Made by a program: the position numbers and the translations under genes
DNA from: Octopus sinensis
Lineage: Eukaryota
Direction: 5' to 3'
NCBI RefSeq assembly: GCF_006345805.1
Contig: NC_042997.1
Location: 195,424,001-195,488,000 of the forward strand
DNA length: 64,000 nucleotides
The notes under the pieces: model-generated
What the model saw: the letters and a program-made list of their open reading frames with translations, nothing else
What the model was told of the DNA's origin: nothing
Databases searched by the model: none
Shown here: positions 1 through 12,721 of the stretch, piece by piece
Position numbering within the stretch: the first letter of the stretch is position 1
Layout: every line of letters starts with the position of its first letter

Positions 1-63
1 TTGTGAGTGGATTTGGTAGACGGAAACTGAAAGAAGCCTGTCGTATATATGTATATATATATA

Positions 64-133
<70 letters not shown>

Positions 134-352
134 ATGTGTTTGTGTGTCTGTGTTGTCTCCCTAGCATAGCTTGACAACTGATGCTGGTGTATTTACGTCT
201 CCGTAACTTAGCGGTTTGGCAAAAGAGACCGATAGAATAAGTACTGGGCTTACAAAGAATAAGTCCTGGGATCGATTTGCTCGACTAAAGGTGGTGCTCC
301 TGCATGGCCGCAGTCAAATGACTGAAACAAGTAAAAGAGTAAAAGAGTAAGA
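1..352 (+). mobile_element. SINE family A (tRNA-derived, CORE-like), 5'-truncated by the window edge
   Basis: Same body and tail as the copies at 7528, 18604 and 22097 (ttgtgagtggatttggtagacggaaactgaaag...gactgaaacaagtaaaagagt), with an internal (TA)n. Confidence 0.8.
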
Positions 353-393
353 GTAGGTCTACCTTATCCAAAGAGACCTTCATATTTTAAGAT

Positions 394-610
394 GGTGAAG
401 TGAGCTGGCAAAATCGTTAGCACGCCGGAAGAAGTGTTTAGCAGCATTTAATCCGTCTTTGCATTCTGAGTTCAAATTCCACCGCGGTCGATTTTGTTTT
501 TCACCTTTCCGGGGTCGATGAAATAAATACCTGTTGAACACTGGGGAGGATGTAATGTACTAGCCCTTTCCCTCAAGATTTCAGCCCTTGTGCCAATAGC
601 AGAAAGGATA
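394..610 (+). mobile_element. SINE family B (tRNA-like head), short-tail copy
   Basis: Head gagctggcaaaatcgttagcacgcc and body gagttcaaattcc...ggggtcgat...ccttgtgcc, repeated many times in the window. Confidence 0.75.
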
Positions 611-1390
611 TTTTAAGATGGTAAGTGCTAGGTTTGATGGAAATTTAGTAACTATTTCGAGCAGGTCGAGAGAGCTCGTATAAGTTCTTCGTTTGTTTGC
701 TTTTGTTGTTATTGCTACTTTCGTTTAACACATTCTAATTATTAATTTTCGTGTGCCAAATATAATATATTACATTTTCTTATTTTATTTTTCCTCCGCA
801 GGGACCTTGGATACTTTGCTAATTCCAGAATCACAGTCGACGTATAACGGCAGGCAATATTTCTCTATTCGCAACAATAAAGTATGAAATTTACCTCTCT
901 GTAGAATCAATCATCTTATTGATCTAACCATTAAAAGACTATCATATAATCGGGCGAATTCATTTCTATTGTGAAAGAATCCGAAACCTTGATATCTAAA
1001 TTCTACTTGGAAACTACTCCTATACACTCATATACACATGCCTCAAAATTATTTGATATCTTTGAGAATATTATTATCAGCATACTTACAATGGACTGTT
1101 AATATTAGGTTGGTTCCATTCGCACTTTATATTGGACAGATAGGGTTCAGTGTTACAACTCGACCAGGATCAATAACTACGAAGCAATCTTAGAGTTTGA
1201 ACTACAACTCACTTGGTAACTGTGTTTAGTAACTTTACGAAGCAGACGTATCCATACACGCTTACACAGACACGAAGACACTTCAGACACCCACGAACTT
1301 TACACACGCACACACACACATACAGATATTTAAACACGCATACATGTATGATTCTGTGGCAGTTGTTTGTATTGTCGACTAAATTTCACT

Positions 1391-2776
1391 ATGGATATCG
1401 ATAGTCATGTGACACATAAGAAAAATTCCGAGAACGATTTGGTTTGGAGACACAATCGTAAGTTGTCGCTTGAAATTAACCGAATACAGTCCATTCAAAA
1501 TGTATTAGTTAAAAACATGGACAAAAAGATGAACACAGTTCAAAGAGAGATAAAATCCTTTGGATATTCTGAGGAGAAGAAAAAGAATATTGCAGCCGAA
1601 AAATTTCCGATATACTTACCATTTTGGAAAGAATGGAAGTTTTCAGGCTTGAAACGTCAAACAGATGTTTCACCGAACAAGGAAATAAACATATCAAAAA
1701 TAAACAAAACAAACAGTTCCCTCAAAGATAAGATTCGTAGTTTTATTCAAAATATGTCACGTGGTGAGGACAAGCCATTCATAAAATCTGAATTAGTTGC
1801 ACAAGATATCAGCCAAGGCGAAACAAATGAGCAACTGTTATCAGTTAATCCTGGTGCTGTTGGCATGGATTCAAACACTGCGTCGGAAGTGACTGTTCAG
1901 GAAAAACTGGCTGCATTAGGAGCGACAGATGACGATAAGCAAGCAGAAAATATAAACAAAAAAACAGACGACACGTTTGAAAATAAACCAAATGAATCAA
2001 TTACGTTGTCAAGCTGGGGACAATCTACAGTTGCTCTACAGTCACAGGTGAATTCAAACACACTGATATCAGTCTTACCTTCTATATATCCTCTTGATAA
2101 GGAGTTAGTAGGTTCTACAACACAAGAATCTGATCGGTTTTGCCCAGAAATCACCAAAAAAACATTCTATACCAGTGAGTTCAATTTACAGGATATAACG
2201 AAAAATCAACATATTATACAGTCTGACAATAATACTGTTTCATCCGTAAACGATATGATGGCTTCTAAGAAAAACACACAACGGAGATCTTCCATTGCCG
2301 TATCACCAAGGGAATTGAATGTTTTATTGAAAAAAGAGCTGAAAATAAAGGAAAATGGGCATTTATCGCAAGCCAGTAATCAAACAACAATGAGAACAAG
2401 AAGGCATAGCGTCCTTCCTAACTTGGATAAATTTTACGAAGCACGTCAGTCAGACGATAATGTATTTAGGGTTTCACAGAGTCTGAGATTTGAAACAGAT
2501 GTTTCGGACATTCATAAAGGAAATAAGAAATCAGAATACAAAACGAGAAAATCATTGACAAAAGCTCCAGTTTTAGATCGAGAAATATATAACGCTGATG
2601 GAAGCTTGAGGGCAATTTATTGTCTTCCTTCGTTGGAAGAAAGCTGGAAACAAGCACGACGGGCTCGCTACATCCGGTCAAAATCTTCCAATGACAAAAG
2701 ACTATCAATTGAAGAAATATTTTCTGCGAGCGATAATGACGACATTGAGGAGAGTGATACTAACACGGCAAGTTGA
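1391..2776 (+). CDS. 461-aa single-ORF protein with CCDC190-like N-terminal coiled coil and C-terminal motif
   Basis: Longest non-repetitive ORF; first ATG at 1391 (the track starts at an upstream TTG). C-terminal 'EESWKQARRARYIRSKSSNDKRLSIEEIF' resembles, from memory, the CCDC190 C-terminus (A..A.Y.R......R.LSI.EIF). The N-terminus looks helical/coiled-coil and the middle is S/T/N/K-rich. AATAAA at 3381. Not database-verified. Confidence 0.7.
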   Translation: MDIDSHVTHKKNSENDLVWRHNRKLSLEINRIQSIQNVLVKNMDKKMNTVQREIKSFGYSEEKKKNIAAEKFPIYLPFWKEWKFSGLKRQTDVSPNKEINISKINKTNSSLKDKIRSFIQNMSRGEDKPFIKSELVAQDISQGETNEQLLSVNPGAVGMDSNTASEVTVQEKLAALGATDDDKQAENINKKTDDTFENKPNESITLSSWGQSTVALQSQVNSNTLISVLPSIYPLDKELVGSTTQESDRFCPEITKKTFYTSEFNLQDITKNQHIIQSDNNTVSSVNDMMASKKNTQRRSSIAVSPRELNVLLKKELKIKENGHLSQASNQTTMRTRRHSVLPNLDKFYEARQSDDNVFRVSQSLRFETDVSDIHKGNKKSEYKTRKSLTKAPVLDREIYNADGSLRAIYCLPSLEESWKQARRARYIRSKSSNDKRLSIEEIFSASDNDDIEESDTNTAS

Positions 2777-2848
2777 AAAGTGATATTAACACGGAAAGTT
2801 GAAAAGTGATATTAACACGGCAAGTTGAAAAATGATACTAACACGGCA
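2755..2848. repeat. 26-bp tandem repeat (~3.6 copies) overlapping the stop codon of the ORF
   Basis: Unit TGATA(C/T)TAACACGG(C/A)AAGTTGAAAAG starts at 2755, 2781, 2807 and 2833. Confidence 0.9.
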
Positions 2849-3132
2849 CCTTGATGTCAAAGGTAACACACACGCACACTCATTCACAGACATGCACACC
2901 CACGGATACACTTTTACACCATTCTGGCCAGATGTATAAAGACATGCGTACAAACGCGCGCGCACACAAATACATATATATACACGTCACACCTAAAATT
3001 ACATGTTCGATTACGCCTCTACAAAAGGTACACAACAAAAAGAACCCCAAAAAACAAAAAAAAAAAAACAAAGACAAGAACAACAAACTGAACAAACCCT
3101 TGGTAGAATACGTATGTATGTAAGCATGCATG

Positions 3133-3218
<86 letters not shown>

Positions 3219-4020
3219 ATATATATATATTATATATGTATGTATATGTAGATTTATATGTGTATGTATGTATATGTATGTATATGTATGCATATATATA
3301 TGTATCTATATATACATGCATACATACATACACACACACATACACACACACATATATATATGAGCATGCGTACACTCTTGAATAAAACATATTTACGTTT
3401 GCATATTTATATTTATGTATAATTGTTATTCTCGATTGATTATTTGCTCGAAAAATGTCTATATCCAGGCTGAAAGGTCTCTATATCCAGGCTGAAGAGT
3501 ACATTATGTATGGATACGTATATGGATCTCGATCGATTGGACTGATTTCGGATTTAACAATACTGTAATACAACTGTGGTCACATCAAAATTCTCTTCAA
3601 CTTCGTTGCCAGGAAAGGATGTATAAATTACATTCGGTTTATAATAATTTAATAATTTCATATTCTGTACAACGGCGTATATTGTAATGGAACGTTCTTT
3701 TTTACGTGAGAAAGAATAAATGTCCCCAGCTTACCTTTGTTATTAAAGGATTCAAGGCTAACTGAATATGTGTGCGCGTGCACACACACACACACACACA
3801 TACACACACAGACAGACAAGCTGACAGATAGACACACACACATATATACATGCTGTATAAGTAGTAACATGTGCAACTGTTTCTTTCTGTGTTCCTTTCT
3901 GAGGAAGAGCGTAGGCTCGAAACGTTAAAGACTTTTTCACTTCCCGAGCGTTATACTAATACATATGTTTGTTGTCTACACCACCTGCCTTCGTCTTTTG
4001 TTTTTTCTTTTGTGAATTCT

Positions 4021-4099
<79 letters not shown>

Positions 4100-4115
4100 G
4101 TGTGTGTGTGTGTGT

Positions 4116-4148
<33 letters not shown>

Positions 4149-4159
4149 TGTGTGTGTGT

Positions 4160-4385
4160 GTGTGTCTATGTATTGGTGTGTTTGTGTTTGTTCCCCCATC
4201 ATCGCTTGACAACCGATATTGGTGTGTTTACGTCCCCGTAACTTGATGGTTTGGCAAAAGAGACAGATAGATTAAGTACTAGGATTATAAAAAAATAAGT
4301 CCTAGGGGAGATTTGTTCCACTAAAGGCGGTGCTCCAGCATGGCTGCAGTCAAATGACTGAAACAAGTAAGTAAATAAAAGAAAA
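4160..4385 (+). mobile_element. SINE family A 3' part
   Basis: gcttgacaaccgat...tgactgaaacaagtaa tail matching 150-350. Confidence 0.7.
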
Positions 4386-5086
4386 ATAGAATATATATTG
4401 TTCCACCATGACCGCTGACACATGGCTGAAACGCATAAAAGAAATAAGACAAATACATCACATTTACTCGTGTATAAACCGCACCTGTGTAGAAGATGCA
4501 TTTAAGTTTTTTCTGTTTAAATTTAGATATGAAATAGTGCGTCTTAGACACAAGTAAATACGGTGTATACAATGGAAACCCACTTATTGAAACACGTGTA
4601 TGTTATATATAGCCGGGAATACAAATTATATTTTGTGTTTTTATGATTACTATGATATGGCTTTGATCCGACACGGACGATTTGAAGATTTGTTGATAGC
4701 TATCAAACTATTCCAGTTATTTGAGTGGAGTCTGGAATTATTTTACAATCCTTTTGGCAACATATCACGCCTTACAGCGTACTTTCAAGTACATACATAT
4801 GCACATACATACAGATACACAGACACACAAACTCACACACACGCACGCACATACATACATTCATACATACATATATACATATTATTTAATGGACACATAT
4901 ATGTTTTTATGCGCTACTATTAGTTTCATGTGCTGAGAGTATGCCGAACAGTGTTTTAAAACGTCTGCTATCCTAGAACAATCCTCAGACACTTCCCCCC
5001 AAGGCATAATGAACTAAATTTTTTTTGTTGATCTTACCATCACTGAACAGTACACTACATACATACCTGAATACATATATACATGA

Positions 5087-5135
<49 letters not shown>

Positions 5136-6369
5136 ACACACACACACACACAAATGTACTGAAAAAGCTAAGAGATTTAACACAAGTAAATTTATATTAA
5201 AACAAAATGAAGAAAAAGTTTTTAGAATTTTATGACGGGTAAAAGCAAGAAGCGTTTACAATTTTATCAAAATATGCTACCGGTTTCAATAATTTTTAAA
5301 GCAATTTACTCATGCTATAAGAGAAAATACACTGAAAGAAATTAAGTTAATCTTTCATGATCAGTTTTGGATGGTCATATGTTCTTACAAAATTCACATG
5401 CTGCTGGTTCCACCCATCCCTCCCCGCCTCCCCTCTGTCTCTCTCCCCCTTTCCACACACACACACAGACACACATACGCACACGCACTCACAGTTGGCG
5501 CCTTGGACAAGTGCTTTGTAGTATAGCTTGAAACCAAGACCAATGCCTTGTGTGGGTCTGAATGATTTATCTCACATATATGTACACATACATTTGCATG
5601 TCTATGCGTGTCTATACATTCTTATTATAAACTAAACTTCCGGAATGTTTTACACATATTCACAATGCCTTTACTGGAGTGTAGCTCTAGTTTCATAACA
5701 ACGCTTGTCCCTTTTGGCTTTTGTGAAACCCAGCTTCTCAATATTAGTTTTGAGACACTTAACCACGTATCCAAGTTCTCCAATAATTATAGTTATAGAT
5801 CTAAAAACTACAGTCTGAGTGTAATAGTTGCAGATTTCTCATTAATTCTGCATAGATACTTTCTTTTTGTACACACACGACAGTCTTAAGTGTGTGTGTT
5901 TATGTATGTGCATACGTATTTCATTGCGTTCCTTGTATATGTAAATCTGTACGTTTTTGACTTACCTACATGTACATACAGATATGTTTGTATGTCTCTC
6001 TATATATGTATATATATTTACATGCTACAGGCTAAACCAAAGTATTTGATATAGTTCTACACTTCCATTAATGATTTGTGATTGCAGTCTTTTAATTACT
6101 CGTGTTATTTCTGGTTGTGTGAAGCCAAGCTTTTTTCAAGATTGCTACTGAGCTAGTTAGTTACATAACACAAATTCTCCAATAATCACATGTTGTATCT
6201 GCAGAGTTCTCATTAGTTCCACATAGACATTTTCGTTTTCTTTTTCTCTTTAAATATTATGTTAACGTCTGTTGAACAATTGATTTCTACTTTTATGTAT
6301 AATTTCTTTTCTTTGTCCCAAATCAATATGTCTGGTTTTTCGTGCCTATATTCTGATGGTCTTTTTTGG

Positions 6370-6788
6370 GGATCTTTTCAGTTTGAACGGCAGTTTTTTC
6401 TAACGGTGTCATATGAAATTGTCACCCATAATTATGACCCTAGTATCGATCTATTGCATTTCAATCTGGGTTAGGGTTAGGGTTAGGGGTGGGGGGAAGG
6501 GTATCTTTTTTTCTTCACAAATGTAAATAAACCCAATCTGTTTCTTAAACGAGGGACATATTCATACGGCACAGAATGTTGTTTACCTCAATGGACGTCA
6601 CTGATTGGTTGAAATTGCAGAAATTGAAGAAAAATAAAACAACAAATATCTTACAAACTATAGAATTTTCTCAATAAAGCCAAGAGAAGAAGATGTTTTA
6701 TATACACATTCTATCAGTATACGAAGTTAAACATTTTTTTGGCTACCTAGAAATATGTTAAAAACTGCCGTTCAAACCGAAAAGATCC
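6370..6788. mobile_element. 419-bp MITE with 29-bp TIRs and internal (TTAGGG)3
   Basis: Left ggatcttttcagtttgaacggcagttttt (6370-6398) is the reverse complement, with 1 mismatch, of the right aaaaactgccgttcaaaccgaaaagatcc (6760-6788). Flanks cttttttgg / gttttttgt are an imperfect 9-bp TSD. TTAGGG x3 at 6471-6488. Confidence 0.85.
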
Positions 6789-6899
6789 GTTTTTTGTGAG
6801 GAACATTTCATTGGTAATCTTCAATATTGTAGGAAAATATGCTCTCCCCCACATCACTGTAATTTCTTACATTTTGATCTTAAGAATCTTCCTATTCTA

Positions 6900-7250
6900 C
6901 GAATTGCCTTATATAATAAATTTAGCATCTTTGACATGTTTCATTGGTAAACAAACTTCTGATACATTGGCTCTGATCTCAAGCCTCTGCCGCTTTCGTC
7001 TCTTCTAAGGTAGATCCAGCTGATATCACTGTTTCTGTGGAATTTTCCGTTTGATGTCAGGATTTTGCATGTTTTAATGTCCATGGAGTGGATTTCTTCT
7101 ACAGATCAGTCAAATATCTCAAACTTGGTATCAGCAAAAGTTCTGCAGATGCATTGTGGGATATTGTAAGAGGAAAGCTTCGATTGCCTTGTCTTTCTAA
7201 ATCTGGTATAATATTCCCGGGTCATTCTGTTTTTGTGCTCAACACCTTCG
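6900..7250 (-). mobile_element. LINE reverse-transcriptase relic, R4/Dong-like
   Basis: Manual minus-strand translation 'FD*SVEEIHSMDIKTCKILTSNGKFHRNSDISWIYLRRDESGRGL' fits the W...D.KTRK.LT..G..H..SD..RLY..R..GGRGL region of R4/Dong-type RTs; it contains a stop and a frameshift. Confidence 0.65.
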
Positions 7251-7260
7251 TATGATATAA

Positions 7261-7319
7261 TCAATGTTTATCAATGTTTATCAATGTTTATCAATGTTTA
7301 TCAATGTTTATCAATGTTT
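7261..7319. repeat. 10-bp minisatellite (TCAATGTTTA)x6
   Basis: Directly visible. Confidence 0.95.
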
Positions 7320-7527
7320 GTGTGGGACAGGAGAGAGAGAGAGAGGGGGGGGGGAGAGAGAGGGAGAGAGAGAGAGAGATGGTTGATATACAGGTTTTGG
7401 GTTTGAGGCACTGATTTTCCACGTTCAGCGATCAAATACGAATGCTCCTTTTAGCCAAATTCGTGTCAGATGAAAATGTTGCTATTAACTCCGGTTGCTT
7501 TTTGGTAAAATTTTTAGCATACATATA

Positions 7528-7910
7528 GGCGTAGGAGTGGCTGTGTGGTAAGTAGCTTGCTTAACAACCACATGGTACCGGGTTCAGTCCCACTGCGTGG
7601 CACCTTGAGCAAGTGTCTTCTACTATAGCCTCGGGCCGACCAAAGCCTTGTGAGTGGATTTGGCAGACGGAAACTGAAAGAATCCCGTCGTATATATGTG
7701 TGTGTGTGTATATGTTTGTATGTTTGTTTGTCCCCCAGCATCGCTTGACAACCGATGCTGGTGTGTTTACGTCCCCGTAATTTAGCGGTTCGGCAAAATA
7801 GGCCGATAGTACTAGGCTTACAAAGAATAAGTCCTGGGGTCGATTTGTTCGACTAAAGGCGGTGCTCCAGTATGGCCGCAGTCAAATGACTGAAACAAGT
7901 AAAAGAGTAA
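7528..7910 (+). mobile_element. SINE family A, full length
   Basis: tRNA-like head gtaggagtggctgtgtggtaagtagcttgc...gggttcagtccc, CORE-like ggcaccttgagcaagtgtctt, shared tail. Confidence 0.85.
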
Positions 7911-7947
7911 TACATCTTCAGGTCATCTACAAAGAAATTATGGGTTA

Positions 7948-8760
7948 CTAGCAGAATTGCCCGGCGTTGCTCGGGGCTGAATTGCTTGAAAGTACTGTTA
8001 ATGATTGCACTGAATTATGATGATTATTCAGGCAAATATTGATATAAGTTTACGGTGGGAGATAAGGACTTAACGATCAAACGTGTGCCATTGCATTGTT
8101 TTGGGGGAACCAAATTTCTGATGAGCATTATAGGGGCACCAACTTTAAGTTTGAGAAAGTGTGGTGGTAGTCCGGGGTGCTCAAAGGAATTGAGTACTTC
8201 TATTGGATAGTTGATGACGTCCTCTGGGTCAGGAGTTGTATCGATAGACTGATATACATAGACTTCCCCAGGAATGAGTTTTAGCATTTCATCATTAATA
8301 TGGTGAACAGTCTTATTCCTCGGGGCCAGTATAGCCTTTTTGCCAATCCAATCCATATTCTGATAATTAGCTTGTAGATCTGGGAACACTGGTACAAATG
8401 GAATCGATGGCAATATTACCATTTTCATCCCCTGGTATTTTGCCTTCGCCAAGTGCAAGGAGGATGTGAGGAAATGCTGCTGATGTGATATTACGTCGCA
8501 TATGAGCACGCATATTGGTGTGAAGTTTGAGAGTTACTTCCCTTTATTAAAAAAAATATGCATTAAAATGGAAAAAAATGATGGTAAATTATTTGTAAAA
8601 TCATCGACTCATCGTAGACGCGCGCTAATACCCAGAAGGGCTCGATATGAATCACGGCTATAAGATACCCGGTTTTGGTTAAACTGCATCGCAAAATGTG
8701 GGAGTAGTTAGGAATCTAAATCGGAGTAGACAGACACACAACCTTTCTTTTATATATAAA
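7948..8760 (-). mobile_element. Non-autonomous Helitron derivative carrying a PIF1-like helicase fragment
   Basis: ORF 8024-8509 has 'AILAPRN', 'GLPPHFLKLKVGAPIMLIRNL..CNGTRLIV', typical of Helitron helicases. The minus-strand 3' end has a hairpin (7960-7975) and CTAG (7948-7951); the 5' end has a TATATAAAAG-type sequence near 8760. Confidence 0.8.
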
Positions 8761-9438
8761 TATTTTCGTCCTAAAAAACTTTGTATGGATTGAATGGTTA
8801 CCTCTATGGAAATATATACACGCACATTATACATACATGTGTGTATAGATGAATATATAAATACATTTAAATATCTATATACACTTTTGGGCGATCTTTC
8901 TGTTTCTTAGAGATAACTTTAGATCTTATTTTCGTCCAAAAAAACTTTATATGGAGTGAATGGTTACCTCTATGGAAATATATACACACACGTTATACAT
9001 ACATGTGTGCATAGATGAATATATAAATACATTTATATATCTATATACACTTTTGGGCGATCTTTGTGCTACTTAGAGATAACTTTAGATCTTATTTTCG
9101 TCCTAAAAAACTTTGTGCGGAGTGAATGGTTACGTCTAAAGAAATATATACACACACATTATACATACATCTGTGTATAGATGAATATATAAATACATTT
9201 AAATATCTATATACACTTTTGGGCGATCTTTCTGCTACTTGTATATACTTAGATCTTATATTCGTCCTAAAAAACTTTGTATGGAGTGAAAGGTTACCTC
9301 TATGGAAATATATACACACACATTATACATACATCTGTGTATAGATGAATATATAAATACATTTAAATATCTATATACACTTTTGGTCGATCTTTCTGCT
9401 ACTTGGATATAGGCCTTATATTCGTCGTAAAAAACTTT
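8761..9438. repeat. ~165-bp tandem satellite, 4 units plus a partial
   Basis: Unit starts (tattttcgtcc) at 8761, 8927, 9093, 9257 and 9417. Confidence 0.9.
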
Positions 9439-9449
9439 CCTGTCACACA

Positions 9450-12108
9450 CTCACGCACACGCACACACACACACACACACACGCACCCTCACACACACAC
9501 ACACGCGCACGCACACACACTCACACACACGCACGTTAGCTTACAATTTTATTTATATATTTGCGTGTCTATGTGTGTAAAGAGGAAGTGGGAGGCAGAG
9601 TGAAAGAATCACTCACTACAGAAAGTGAATTACTTTAATTTTATTCGTTGCACACTGTGTGTGTGCGTTTGCGTGTGTTGTATCCCACACTAAGAGAAGC
9701 ATTTGACTCATACACCACAATGTGAGTTTTCTCTAAATTTTGCTTAATTGGGGTTGAAATTTTAAAAAGTGGACCTGGCACGACCCGATGCATTCTACTC
9801 TTAAAAATGCTAGGTAATTGTAATTGAAGAAATCCTATATTGTAGATTTCTATAAGATACAAAGGAGGCAGACAAAATCTGCCTTTTATAATAAGAGATA
9901 TTGGTACGTTAGCAGTCGGTATTTCGTCTGACGCTCTAACGATTCTGTAAATTTACCGCTTTGGGAGTACTATAAGAAAAAAACCCAATTGTTTTGTTAG
10001 CATGCAATGCTGAGTTCAAAATGTACCATGGCGATAGTACAGTTTAAAGTGGGAATCCTGTAGCAAGAGACTGAATATTTAGGGAATTCATTCTCTAGTT
10101 ACACATGTATGTGTGTGTGTATAAAATTTCCAGGATTCGAGAGAACCAGGTATTTAAATAGTGAAAGCACCAAGGTAGGGTCGGTGATAGCGCTACTGAG
10201 TACAAACGATGTATACCGACAAATACGTACTCACGATTCTCAGACCACACGTTATGAGTTTTTACTGAGTGAAAACACCTAAAGCTCCACGAGGCTCCGG
10301 CATGGGGTGGTGACGAACCCTGCTGCACTTTTTCTCTCTCTCTTTCTTCCTGTTTCTGTTGTACCTGTATTTCAAAGGGCCAGCCTTGTCAGACACTGTG
10401 TCACGCTGAATCTCCCCGAAAGTTACGTTAAGAGTACACTTGTCTGCGGAGTGCTCAGCCACTTGCATGTTAATTTCACGAGCAGGCTGTTCCCGTTGAT
10501 CGGATCAACTGGAACCCTCGTCGTCGTACCGACGGAGTGCCATGACGTATCCGTACATACTCGCATATACATACCCATACATACACACATAGATAAAGAA
10601 GTACATACACACACACATACATATATCCAAGTATCCACTCATTCTCACATTTACATATACATACATACATACATGTGTACTTCGATGGACATTTACACAT
10701 ACACATGTACATATATACTCATATATACATGTCCTTGCATACACGTACGCACACACACACACGCATACACACACACACACACACCACACACACACGCACC
10801 CTCACACACACACACACGCGCACGCACACACACTCACACACACGCACGTTAGCTTACAATTTTATTTATATATTTGCGTGTCTATGTGTGTAAAGAGGAA
10901 GTGGGAGGCAGAGTGAAAGAATCACTCACTACAGAAAGTGAATTACTTTAATTTTATTCGTTGCACACTGTGTGTGTGCGTTTGCGTGTGTTGTATCCCA
11001 CACTAAGAGAAGCATTTGACTCATACACCACAATGTGAGTTTTCTCTAAATTTTGCTTAATTGGGGTTGAAATTTTAAAAAGTGGACCTGGCACGACCCG
11101 ATGCATTCTACTCTTAAAAATGCTAGGTAAATTGTAATTGAAGAAATCCTATATTGTAGATTTCTATAAGATACAAAGGGAGGCAGACAAAATCTGCCTT
11201 TTATAATAAGAGATATTGGTACGTTAGCAGTCGGTATTTCGTCTGACGCTCTAACGATTCTGTAAATTTACCGCTTTGGGAGTACTATAAGAAAAAAACC
11301 CAATTGTTTTGTTAGCATGCAATGCTGAGTTCAAAATGTACCATGGCGATAGTACAGTTTAAAGTGGGAATCCTGTAGCAAGAGACTGAATATTTAGGGA
11401 ATTCATTCTCTAGTTACACATGTATGTGTGTGTGTATAAAATTTCCAGGATTCGAGAGAACCAGGTATTTAAATAGTGAAAGCACCAAGGTAGGGTCGGT
11501 GATAGCGCTACTGAGTACAAACGATGTATACCGACAAATACGTACTCACGATTCTCAGACCACACGTTATGAGTTTTTACTGAGTGAAAACACCTAAAGC
11601 TCCACGAGGCTCCGGCATGGGGTGGTGACGAACCCTGCTGCACTTTTTCTCTCTCTCTTTCTTCCTGTTTCTGTTGTACCTGTATTTCAAAGGGCCAGCC
11701 TTGTCAGACACTGTGTCACGCTGAATCTCCCCGAAAGTTACGTTAAGAGTACACTTGTCTGCGGAGTGCTCAGCCACTTGCATGTTAATTTCACGAGCAG
11801 GCTGTTCCCGTTGATCGGATCAACTGGAACCCTCGTCGTCGTAACCGACGGAGTGCCATGACGTATCCGTACATACTCGCATATACATACCCATACATAC
11901 ACACATAGATAAAGAAGTACATACACACACACATACATATATCCAAGTATCCACTCATTCTCACATTTACATATACATACATACATACATGTGTACTTCG
12001 ATGGACAGTTACACATACACATGTACATATATACTCATATATACATGTCCTTGCATACACGTACGCACACACACACACGCATACACACACACACACACAC
12101 CACACACA
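9450..12108. repeat. Near-identical ~1.31-kb tandem duplication, each copy containing SINE family C
   Basis: gcacgttagc at 9531 and 10844; identical ORF-track peptides at 10095/11410 and 10262/11577. Junctions lie in (CA)n tracts. Confidence 0.9.
10235..10542 (+). mobile_element. SINE family C body (second copy 11550-11858)
   Basis: gaaaacacctaaagctccacgaggctccggc...gatcggatcaactggaaccctcgtcgtcgtaaccgacggagtgcca, recognised from memory as an octopus SINE; the head is diverged. Confidence 0.6.
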
Positions 12109-12643
12109 CATAGACAGACAGAAAGACAACCCTCCCCCACACAGATACATATACTAGCAGATACATAAAATTTTATGAAATTTAATTAGCGTTATTAGCA
12201 AGAACTCAATTTTCTTGAAAGCTCATTAACGAAGAAAAGCAAAAATAAATAAATAAATAAATAAATAAACCATCAAACTAAGAATTAGAATTATATATAT
12301 ATAAAAAAAAAGGGGCTCCGAGTAATAAATAATTCTTAGCAGTGTTTCACACATTGCTCCCAGAATTCCTTATATTTATTGTTTTCTGGGGTTTTATGAC
12401 TTGGGAAATTGTCAGGCTGGTTTTATAATTGTTATAGGAAGAATTGTTTTAAAAGTCAATTGTAACCCAAATTCATTCTAGCCATTCCCAGATCCAGCAC
12501 TTTTGGTTATTGCGTTATTCACTGATGAGAGCTAATAAGCCGGAAACATGTCAACAATTATCACAATGTTGCAAAGATCAGATTCATTACCCACTACATT
12601 CTATCTTTAATTCTTTCTGTCTTTGACTCTGTTCATCTGTTTG

Positions 12644-12721
<78 letters not shown>

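Noticed and set aside
2851-5160. Many YI/HT/CV-repeat ORFs
   Set aside because: Translations of (TA)n and (CA)n microsatellites; the His-rich 'HTHTHT' peptides are not evidence of His-rich proteins linked to the tRNA-His cluster.
6468-6488. True telomere or chromosome-fusion scar
   Set aside because: Only three TTAGGG units, and they lie inside a TIR-bounded MITE.
8024-8509. Host PIF1 helicase gene
   Set aside because: Short fragment within Helitron-type termini, with no flanking exons visible.
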